Shown piece by piece: positions 1-6,664 of a stretch of DNA of 64,000 bases (within the stretch, counting starts at the first letter, position 1; each line of letters begins with the position of its first letter). The DNA lies in contig JARWZZ010000007.1 in NCBI GenBank assembly GCA_029866125.1, positions 341,519-405,518 of the forward strand. Direction: 5' to 3'. The position numbers and the translations under genes are program-made. Under the pieces are notes generated by a model. That model saw nothing but the letters and a program-made list of their open reading frames with translations, did not search any database and was not told the DNA's origin. The DNA comes from Limnobacter sp. (GTDB lineage: Bacteria > Pseudomonadota > Gammaproteobacteria > Burkholderiales > Burkholderiaceae_B).

Positions 1-58
1 ACTCAATTTGGCATTGGGTATTCCCACCCGAAGGAGATCTGGTTATAATCGCTGGCTT

Positions 59-148
59 GGAAGCTTGGGTGAGCGGTTTAAACCAGCAGTCTTGAAAACT
101 GCCGAGGATGTGAGTCCTCCGTGAGTTCGAATCTCACAGCTTCCGCCA
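59..148 (+). tRNA. tRNA-Ser(TGA), long variable arm, encoded CCA
   Basis: Acceptor stem GGAAGCT/AGCTTCC, anticodon loop CT-TGA-AA, T-loop GTTCGAATC, 3' GCCA; TATAAT at 44-49 upstream. Confidence 0.97.
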
Positions 149-149
149 A
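135..149 (+). repeat. att core direct repeat, tRNA-proximal (attL)
   Basis: CACAGCTTCCGCCAA, identical to 6498-6512. Confidence 0.92.
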
Positions 150-160
150 GAACGTAATGA

Positions 161-187
161 AATAGCGCCTTTCGGGGCGCTTTTTCA
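161..187 (+). terminator. Intrinsic terminator supplied by the island after tRNA-Ser
   Basis: GCGCC-TTTCGG-GGCGC hairpin followed by a T run. Confidence 0.75.
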
Positions 188-190
188 TTT

Positions 191-212
191 CTACCCATGT
201 TCCTACCCATGT
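191..212 (+). repeat. Tandem CTACCCATGT x2 (12-bp period), likely integrase arm-type sites
   Basis: The same tandem motif recurs at 6355-6375 near the other end of the island. Confidence 0.7.
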
Positions 213-436
213 TTTTTCGCTCGCTTGAGCGTGTCAGATAGCCCTTTGTGGCCACTCTGAATCCCTTATCGCCGCCACTACGCGTTTGTTGTGTTTTTGC
301 AAATTACTTTAACCGTTGCGGTCCAATCCGAGCAGGGGGGAAGATTTTTGCCACAATAGCAACACAGGCCAAAGGAATTGGCGTCTGTAATATCTACTTT
401 TGACAATCAAAATATTCATCCTACTGGGCATAAGTC

Positions 437-1039
437 ATGTATTGCAGATCTGCTTTTATTGGGTTATTGCTTTTGAGTGGTGCTTGCTCAGATGGCCCGA
501 CCGCACGAAATACGGAAAATATTGATGTAACGCCAATCCCGGAACAGGCATTTTATTTCGGAGCCAAAGAGGCCCCTTACAAAGAGTTAATTCTGAGGGG
601 AATTCAAATGGTTCAGAGAGATAATCCAGTTTGCCGCAAGGATATTCAGCCTTACTCCTTGGCTATGTCGCCCTCAAAAGGCACGGCTGACGACCCGGTC
701 TTTTTTATTACATGCGGGTCTGACGCCAAAGCCTTTAACGTTTGGTTCTCCAAATCGCAAATTGAGAACGACCAGAGCGTCAAAGCACCTGAAAACCTGC
801 CAAGAGCCAAATTGTTATCGTTGTGTGAGGATTGGATTCGCTCTCAGGCAACAAATCCGCACACGGTCGACATGTCTCTAATAGTGAACGCCAGGATAGA
901 AAACTTTGCGAACGGTAACTCAAGGCTATCAACCACTTTCAATGCCAAAAACAAACTCAACCAAGAGTCGAAATTTGGTGCTACCTGCTTGGTTGAACCT
1001 GACGGCCAGGTGGAAGGTCAAGTGACGTTGCTAAATTGA
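437..1039 (+). CDS. Hypothetical lipoprotein, 200 aa (island cargo)
   Basis: Lipobox-like LLSGA-C at residue 17; opposite strand to the core satellite genes; TTGACA at 400-405 upstream. Confidence 0.8.
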   Translation: MYCRSAFIGLLLLSGACSDGPTARNTENIDVTPIPEQAFYFGAKEAPYKELILRGIQMVQRDNPVCRKDIQPYSLAMSPSKGTADDPVFFITCGSDAKAFNVWFSKSQIENDQSVKAPENLPRAKLLSLCEDWIRSQATNPHTVDMSLIVNARIENFANGNSRLSTTFNAKNKLNQESKFGATCLVEPDGQVEGQVTLLN

Positions 1040-1069
1040 TTACCCTGCGTGTTATGGGCGGTGGTCACT

Positions 1070-1163
1070 AATCAAAGTTTTGTAACTAACTCAATTAATT
1101 TGATCTTTAGATAACTTATGCGAGTTCGCATGACCCGCAAGGGACACCCCCCGGGAAGGACCC
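1070..1163 (-). other. Candidate lambdoid cos packaging site (cosQ 1157-1163, cosN-like ~1119-1140, IHF box 1070-1082)
   Basis: Minus strand reads GGGTCCT-TCCCGGGGGGTGTCCC-TTGCGGGTCATGCGAACTCGCA; AATCAAAGTTTTG matches WATCAANNNNTTR exactly. Confidence 0.6.
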
Positions 1164-1245
1164 AAGGGGGTGGGGGGTGTATGGCCCTCTGCCCAAGCCT
1201 TGTCTCATTCAGCGCCGCCGGTCATTCGGGCAGGGGTGGTGGGTC

Positions 1246-1341
1246 TTATGGTAGCTTTGGGGGCTCTTTCAAGAAAAGCAGCACTAGTAGTACCAGAGGA
1301 AACAACAAAACGATCAAGGTAAATTTAATGAAGTTTGCCAA
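1246..1341 (-). CDS. Small hydrophobic peptide, 31 aa (MANFIKFTLIVLLFPLVLLVLLFLKEPPKLP)
   Basis: TTG start 8 nt after GGAG; single TM-like stretch; below the ORF track cutoff; translated by hand. Confidence 0.45.
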   Translation of the reverse strand: MANFIKFTLIVLLFPLVLLVLLFLKEPPKLP

Positions 1342-1493
1342 AGTCTAATCTCCAATTACCAATCGCCTGGTGGTCGGGTCGGCCGATTGTCTGAGCGTCC
1401 ATCATAGACTAGCTTTTTGAATTCTGCATATAGTCTCCCACCTTGGGCCATGTGGAGTTGTCGGGCAGGATGGCTATCCATAAAAATTGGTTC

Positions 1494-1607
1494 CAGACAG
1501 CGGACAAACGGACACACCTATAGGTGTGTGTCCGTGTATGTCCGGTCTTGGGAAGTGGGACGGACAGACATTGTCCGGACAATGTCTGGAGTTTGTCCGG
1601 TGTCCGG
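1494..1607. repeat. CGGACA/TGTCCG iteron and palindrome cluster, candidate replication origin
   Basis: 9 hexamer copies in 1501-1606; perfect 24-bp palindrome at 1565-1588; directly downstream of the primase stop codon. Confidence 0.7.
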
Positions 1608-1609
1608 TA

Positions 1610-3604
1610 TTAAAATTTCCAGAAATAGCCATGACTGCCCGCAATCAATCCCATTTTGCGAAGGTCCTCCACTGCCCGCCGAAAAGCCTTTTGCCTTGTT
1701 CCCACCGGAGCCCCCTGATCGAAACTAGGGCATGCATAGAACAAATCCCGCCAAACGTGTTCGGGGACACACTCCCTTGGCGCGTCCAAGCCCATCTTTT
1801 CGACTACTTCATAGGGCGTTTGAACCGCCTTCCCGTTCTCGCTGGCGGTGGTTAGACACTCGAGCGCATCCACCTGCCTGGCACTTAATTTGTGTCTTTT
1901 GGCGGTGTTTGTTGGTGCTTCAGTGGGCACCAGTACCGCAGACATTTGCAGTTCCCCGGTGTCAGGGTCAACAGGCCAGTCGTTGAGCACTACGTCCAGT
2001 AGATCGAAGGATTGGTCTGGACCAGGCTCGATCTCCTTTTGCTTGGTGGTCTTGAGTGTCCGTGTCCCTTCCTTGTTTGTCAGCGCGAAGGCGGAATCCA
2101 CCCCAGCGGGTAGGGCACTGGCTCCGCGCGACCTATCGCCTTCCCCGTGGCCTACATGGTGCACAATCAGCACAGTGCAGTTGAAGGGGCGAAGGAAGAA
2201 TCTTTCGATGTGGTGCAGTATTTTGGCTACATCCGAGTTTGAGTTTTCATCCCCACCACCTGTGCGGTTAAATGTATCCAGCACCAGCAAGGACAGTGGA
2301 CCGTTTGTCTCCACAATGTAATTAACGGCGTTGTGTGCATCAAAGCAGGACGTTTCATCAATCAGTTGCACCGTACGTTGATTGAAAAACATTGGAACCT
2401 CAGCAATTTCCACCTGGTTGTATTTTGCCCAGGCAGCGCAGCGACGACGGAAACCCGCAAACCCTTCCCCTGCAAGGTAACAAACCCCACCCTGCTTAAC
2501 CTTTCGCCCATTCCATTCACGCCCGGTAGCGACACACAATGACCAATCCAATGACAAAAAACTTTTGCCGGCAGATGGGGGGCCAAATAGCAGGGCCAGC
2601 GCCCCCGCTTCAATGTGTCCATGAATGAGCCAGTCAGGCGGTGCTTTATCCTTGAGCATTTCGCCGATTGGAACGAAATAGCTTTCCACCGCATCCACTG
2701 CACCTGGTGCGATGGGCCTTGGAGCCTTGGACGCGGGATTGATCCACCCGAGGGCTTGGGCTTCCTTGAAAATTGCAGGGTAGCCCGTTTGCACGCCGTT
2801 AAAGCTATCCCATTTTTCGGCGGCTTCTACTTCGTCAAAACGCGTGTCTGTCTCGGACCATTCAAACCACAATTCCCGGCCAACCTCGCCCAGTGCTTTC
2901 AATCGTTGACCGTTGCGAATCCAGGCGTCGTAATTGGTCGCCTCTAGGCTGCGCAGTGCAGATTTAATGTCCCGTATGGTGGTCGCGTCGATGTGGTCAG
3001 TTTCCACTTGGTGAGTTTCTTCGGCTGGTATTTGGGTCGCAGCATTGGGTTTGGGTTTGAGCAATTGTGATAGCCGCATTTTCACACTCTCGGGCAGGGA
3101 TTTCACTTCGTTAGAATTCACCCTCTGCCCGGTGAATGTCACGAACCCATTACGCCCGAATACCTCCACCCCTATTGAATTGTTTTTGGCGCTAGGCATG
3201 CTGCCCATCCAAATTGCATGGATACCTTTCCCACCCGGTGATCGTTCAGCATAGGTGGTGCCTGCTAAGGCTTCAGCGTCGGGGTGTAGCCCCTGCCCGT
3301 GTTTGTCGTCAAAGTCGCCAATGGTGATTCCAAATTCGGGCAGTGTGGCAATCCCAAGGCCTGCATATCCACCGCCATTGAGCACATCTAGGGCTACATC
3401 AAACATGGCCAGCTTGGATTTGTCTTCCTCAGTGCCATGACCACCCCGGGTGGTCCCGTTGACGTAATAGGGAATCTTTGCAACTTTCCCACTTTGTTGT
3501 CGGATTGCCTTCCACAGCACCCAGCATTTAAGGTGGCGTAGGGCTTCAGGGCAGGCGGCTTGTAAACGGTCGGTGATGGTTACAATTTGTGGGTTTTGGT
3601 TCAC
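1610..3604 (-). CDS. Primase-helicase: prim-pol (NrS-1-like AEP) + PriCT-2 + AAA_25/RepA-type helicase
   Basis: WVLWK..KIPY and GDFDD prim-pol motifs; Walker A GPPSAGKS and Walker B LLVLDT. Likely GTG start at 3604 overlaps the upstream stop (GTGA); the ORF track extends it to 3697. Confidence 0.88.
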   Translation of the reverse strand: MNQNPQIVTITDRLQAACPEALRHLKCWVLWKAIRQQSGKVAKIPYYVNGTTRGGHGTEEDKSKLAMFDVALDVLNGGGYAGLGIATLPEFGITIGDFDDKHGQGLHPDAEALAGTTYAERSPGGKGIHAIWMGSMPSAKNNSIGVEVFGRNGFVTFTGQRVNSNEVKSLPESVKMRLSQLLKPKPNAATQIPAEETHQVETDHIDATTIRDIKSALRSLEATNYDAWIRNGQRLKALGEVGRELWFEWSETDTRFDEVEAAEKWDSFNGVQTGYPAIFKEAQALGWINPASKAPRPIAPGAVDAVESYFVPIGEMLKDKAPPDWLIHGHIEAGALALLFGPPSAGKSFLSLDWSLCVATGREWNGRKVKQGGVCYLAGEGFAGFRRRCAAWAKYNQVEIAEVPMFFNQRTVQLIDETSCFDAHNAVNYIVETNGPLSLLVLDTFNRTGGGDENSNSDVAKILHHIERFFLRPFNCTVLIVHHVGHGEGDRSRGASALPAGVDSAFALTNKEGTRTLKTTKQKEIEPGPDQSFDLLDVVLNDWPVDPDTGELQMSAVLVPTEAPTNTAKRHKLSARQVDALECLTTASENGKAVQTPYEVVEKMGLDAPRECVPEHVWRDLFYACPSFDQGAPVGTRQKAFRRAVEDLRKMGLIAGSHGYFWKF

Positions 3605-3912
3605 CGGTGTATCCCCCCAAAAAGTCGGGCGGTGTCCCTGCTGATTCGGTAACGCGCCAGCAATGGGTTGACTTCTTTCTCCCGTTCTACTGGCCAACCT
3701 TGTTTTATGAGCCAGTCAATGATTTGCGATAAGTCACCAAAAGCGTCAAACGCCCACTCGATTGGGTCCAGCAGGTGCCCGTGCGCCATTAGCTCCAAGG
3801 CCTTGTACTCCAAGGTGTAGCGTGGTGGTAGGGCGGGCTTTCGATAGCGAATAAGATGCACCAATGAGGCTTTAGCGGGCTTCATGTTGTCGGGGGTGTT
3901 GTGCGTTGTCAT
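3601..3912 (-). CDS. Hypothetical protein, 103 aa, possibly winged-helix DNA-binding
   Basis: 4-bp overlaps with alpA (ATGA) and the primase (GTGA); C-terminal LSQIIDWLIKQGWPVE..ARYRI pattern resembles wHTH. Confidence 0.7.
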   Translation of the reverse strand: MTTHNTPDNMKPAKASLVHLIRYRKPALPPRYTLEYKALELMAHGHLLDPIEWAFDAFGDLSQIIDWLIKQGWPVEREKEVNPLLARYRISRDTARLFGGIHR

Positions 3913-4139
3913 GCCAGCACCCCTTTGCTTTTCTGAATCAGGTCGTTAATCCAGGCCTCCACCACGCTTTCAGGCCAAAGCGCGACTCGCTCCCCAAATT
4001 TCACGGGCGCAGGGAATGAGCCCACAGCAATGAGTTGATATATTGTGGAACGTGATATACCGCAGCGGGTAGTAACATCCCGCATACGCAGCAATCGGGC
4101 AGGGGGTGTAGGCGTTTGGGGTTGTGTGTTGTTGTCCAT
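3909..4139 (-). CDS. alpA: AlpA-family transcriptional regulator / recombination directionality factor
   Basis: LLRMRDVTTRCGISRSTIYQLIAVGSFPAPVKFGERVALWPESVVEAWI is a typical AlpA HTH. Confidence 0.95.
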   Translation of the reverse strand: MDNNTQPQTPTPPARLLRMRDVTTRCGISRSTIYQLIAVGSFPAPVKFGERVALWPESVVEAWINDLIQKSKGVLA

Positions 4140-4231
4140 TTGAGCACCTTGTACTTGTTGAGGTGCTTCTTATTGAATAGATCGGAATGAGGGCTAGAAA
4201 GGAAACAATTTATAAAACAATTGTTCCCCCC

Positions 4232-4735
4232 TTAGTCTCCATTTGGAACTTCTGTTGCCTGGACCGGTAATCCCATTAACTTGAGTTGTCCAGGGTCTCC
4301 ACCAATTTTCAGGTATCGGCGCTGCCCGCGATTCAACTTGGTTTTGAAAGACTCGCAAAGTTTGCCAGCGGACTCATCGTCGATACTCGGGTGTGCGGCT
4401 AACACTTTCTGCCTGACAAATTGATTTTTTGAGAGTGTCCGGTCATTTGACCACCTCCCAACAAACTCGATAAACAATTCCAAATCTTCCTGCCTGAGAT
4501 TTCGTCTATCAGGCCCTTCGATATTTCCGCGTAGGGTTTCCGCGATAATCCACCTTTCAAAAGGATTAAGGGAATTCGCCTGCTCAACCACGTTGGATAG
4601 AAGGTCAATATCTCCCGAGTTGAGGTAATCCAACAAACCGGTCAAAAACTCGCCGGTTACCTTACCCTCTTTACCGTTGACCTTTGTCGGAAGGTCTACG
4701 CCCCCAAAGGAAATTCCTAGTTTGCTCATCAACAC
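4232..4735 (-). CDS. Hypothetical protein, 167 aa
   Basis: Open frame co-oriented between int and alpA; no family recognised. Confidence 0.7.
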   Translation of the reverse strand: MLMSKLGISFGGVDLPTKVNGKEGKVTGEFLTGLLDYLNSGDIDLLSNVVEQANSLNPFERWIIAETLRGNIEGPDRRNLRQEDLELFIEFVGRWSNDRTLSKNQFVRQKVLAAHPSIDDESAGKLCESFKTKLNRGQRRYLKIGGDPGQLKLMGLPVQATEVPNGD

Positions 4736-4746
4736 CCTTCAGATGT

Positions 4747-4818
4747 GTTCCTTCGTAATCGGGACCACCGCCAGGGGGTGAAGGAACCCCTTTTCGATTC
4801 GCGGGTCTAGGCGGTGGT
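4747..4818 (-). ncRNA. Candidate structured cis-regulatory RNA (int-alpA-motif-like) with possible pseudoknot
   Basis: 9-bp stem ACCACCGCC/GGCGGTGGT, inner GGGGT/ACCCC hairpin; GTTCCTTC (4747-4754) is complementary to GAAGGAAC (4780-4787). Confidence 0.5.
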
Positions 4819-4836
4819 GCTTAAAACTTGGCGCTC

Positions 4837-5013
4837 TCAGGGTGCCTTATTATTCAAGGCTTCCCCCGCCTGCTCGAGTAGAGTTTGAACCGCCCAAATC
4901 GCTAATAGGTTTGTTTGGTCTAGGCCTGGGCGCGACATGGCGTCCTCCCCAACCATCAAGTCGAGAATTGCCCGCGCCTGGGTAATGCGTTCGTTAATCA
5001 AATCTGAGTTCAT
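4837..5013 (-). CDS. Small hypothetical protein, 58 aa (MNSDLINERITQARAILDLMVGED...)
   Basis: ATG preceded by GAGGAA; follows the int stop by 31 nt; absent from the ORF track (<60 aa). Confidence 0.65.
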   Translation of the reverse strand: MNSDLINERITQARAILDLMVGEDAMSRPGLDQTNLLAIWAVQTLLEQAGEALNNKAP

Positions 5014-5044
5014 TTAGTTAGTTCCTCGCTAGAAAATTAGTTAA

Positions 5045-6340
5045 TCAAGCCGTTCTAATCGGAATGACCGTCGCGGGGGAATCTGCCTTATCGCAGAAGT
5101 CGGCCCAATCCTGCATCAATCGAATCCTTTTATCGAGCAAGTTGCCGCGCATGTAAGCGGCGACCACCTTGTCGGTCAAGTTGTGCGCCAAAGCCTTTTC
5201 AAGCACCTCATGTGGATAGGCCGTGCGCTCTCCACCCCAAACTCTGAATGTGGACCTGAAACCATGAACCGTGACCGTCCTAGGCTCTTTGCCTGGCTCC
5301 CCTTGCTTGCGGTCCACCCATCCAAGCCCATCAGCCTTCAGCTTTTCAGCGTGTAGCCTTCGCAAAGTTGCGGTCAGAGTCATGTCGGATAACATTGAAC
5401 CACCAGGGGAGAAAAACACGTAATCTGAAGCGGTCCGTGGCAAAGACTCGAGCAAACGTATTACCTGGTCTGACAGTGGGACGGTGTGCTCCCTGCCTGC
5501 TTTCATCCGGGCAGGGGGGATGGTCCACAATTTGTTAGCCAAATCAAACTCGTTCCATTTCGCGCCTCTGACTTCCCCCGATCTGGTAGCGGTCAACATG
5601 CAAAACTCAATCGCCTTGGCTGCCATGCCTTCTCTTTGCCTAAGTGCCGCCAGGAATGCACCAATCTCGACGTAATCAAGCGCTGGGAAGTGCCGTTCCC
5701 CCTGCACCTTGCTAGGGGTTGCCAATTGGTGTTGAAGGTGCCCCTTCCACCTAGCAGGGTTTTCTCCCGTGCGGTATTCCCTAGAAGTCGCCCAGTCAAG
5801 CACCGCCTCAATCCTCCCGCGCAAACGGGACGCGGTTTCGTTCTTCGTCAGCCATATCGGCTCTAGCACTTGGAGCACTAAGCCCGTGTCCACGGCAGAC
5901 ACGGGCAGTTTGCCTAGTTTGGGCTCCGCGTATGTCTCCAAAGTGGACACCCACTGGTTCACATGCTTTGTGTTTTTCCAGTCTGGCGACTTTGCTTTGA
6001 TGTAGAGTTTGGCGCATTCACTGAAGGTTAGGTCCTTCGCTGCCTCTACCCTTGCCCTGGACTTCGCTGCATCCCTTTCCACAATTGGGTCACGGCCCTC
6101 ATGGACACTTTGCCGTGCCTGGCCTGCTCGCTCTCTGGCAGATGAAAGCCCAAAGGTATCCAGAGGCCCTAAACCCATTTCCCTGGGCTTGCCAGTTACT
6201 GGGGAGGTGAACCTAAAGACCCATGACTTAGCCCCACTGGCGGTGACCTGGAGAAACAATCCGCCCCCGTCACTCAAATGTCCCGGCTTGGTGGCCTTGG
6301 TTACAGCCAAGGCTGTCAGCTTGTGAATTGATTTGGCCAT
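5045..6340 (-). CDS. P4/IntA-family tyrosine integrase with N-terminal arm-binding domain
   Basis: DGGGLFLQV..GAKSWVFRF arm-binding domain; catalytic residues in TRSGEV, HGFRSTF, LAH, AAY. Confidence 0.96.
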   Translation of the reverse strand: MAKSIHKLTALAVTKATKPGHLSDGGGLFLQVTASGAKSWVFRFTSPVTGKPREMGLGPLDTFGLSSARERAGQARQSVHEGRDPIVERDAAKSRARVEAAKDLTFSECAKLYIKAKSPDWKNTKHVNQWVSTLETYAEPKLGKLPVSAVDTGLVLQVLEPIWLTKNETASRLRGRIEAVLDWATSREYRTGENPARWKGHLQHQLATPSKVQGERHFPALDYVEIGAFLAALRQREGMAAKAIEFCMLTATRSGEVRGAKWNEFDLANKLWTIPPARMKAGREHTVPLSDQVIRLLESLPRTASDYVFFSPGGSMLSDMTLTATLRRLHAEKLKADGLGWVDRKQGEPGKEPRTVTVHGFRSTFRVWGGERTAYPHEVLEKALAHNLTDKVVAAYMRGNLLDKRIRLMQDWADFCDKADSPATVIPIRTA

Positions 6341-6354
6341 AATTGGTCCGTTTC

Positions 6355-6375
6355 CTACCCATGTCCCTACCCACG
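6355..6375 (+). repeat. Tandem CTACCCATGT/CTACCCACG, likely integrase arm-type sites
   Basis: Matches 191-212 with the same 12-bp period; lies just upstream of the int start. Confidence 0.7.
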
Positions 6376-6490
6376 AAAATATAGCAGATTTGGGTGGATT
6401 TTCCTGTATTTCTTTGGACGATAAATCGCTCAGATAACCAATCTGCGCGGGTCTTGGGTGGGTGTTGTGGATCTTCCTCGGACTACCCTA

Positions 6491-6512
6491 TGGCGGACAC
6501 AGCTTCCGCCAA
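6491..6512 (+). repeat. attR: duplicated tRNA 3' end with symmetric core TGGCGGA-CACAGCT-TCCGCCA
   Basis: Direct repeat of 135-149; perfect 7-bp inverted repeat around a 7-bp spacer. Confidence 0.9.
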
Positions 6513-6519
6513 AAACACC

Positions 6520-6546
6520 AAAACCCGCCCTTGTGGCGGGTTTTTT
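6520..6546 (+). terminator. Intrinsic terminator, probably the original tRNA terminator displaced by the insertion
   Basis: AAAACCCGCC-CTTGT-GGCGGGTTTT followed by a T run. Confidence 0.85.
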
Positions 6547-6664
6547 GTTTTTGCGCCCTGTGAGTGGATTCGAACGAACGGATTTGAAGCAAGAGTCGCA
6601 TTGGCTGATTCCATTCCCGTGGTAACCTGTGGCTCGGATTTTATGCAGCAGTAGAGCTTTATCC

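Larger units (their letters stand above)
135..6512. mobile_element. Integrated ~6.4-kb phage-satellite-like island (int-alpA-primase; PICMI/PICI-like) at the tRNA-Ser 3' end
   Basis: 15-bp direct repeat CACAGCTTCCGCCAA at 135-149 and 6498-6512; encodes tyrosine integrase, AlpA and primase-helicase; no structural genes. Confidence 0.9.

Noticed and set aside
43-255. 70-aa minus-strand ORF containing MGRNMGRN
   Set aside because: It is antisense to the tRNA, and the peptide repeat only reflects the arm-site DNA repeat.
1118-1855. Plus-strand ORFs 1118-1348, 1417-1728 and 1487-1855
   Set aside because: Low-complexity translations across the cos-like site, iterons and antisense primase; no RBS or family signal.
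3605-3697. N-terminal extension of the primase ORF
   Set aside because: It overlaps the upstream gene; the GTGA-coupled start at 3604 is more plausible.
6555-6580. Inverted tRNA T-arm-like sequence (GGATTCGAAC) after attR, as a possible second att site
   Set aside because: The match is short and inverted, with no second integrase or partner repeat in the window.
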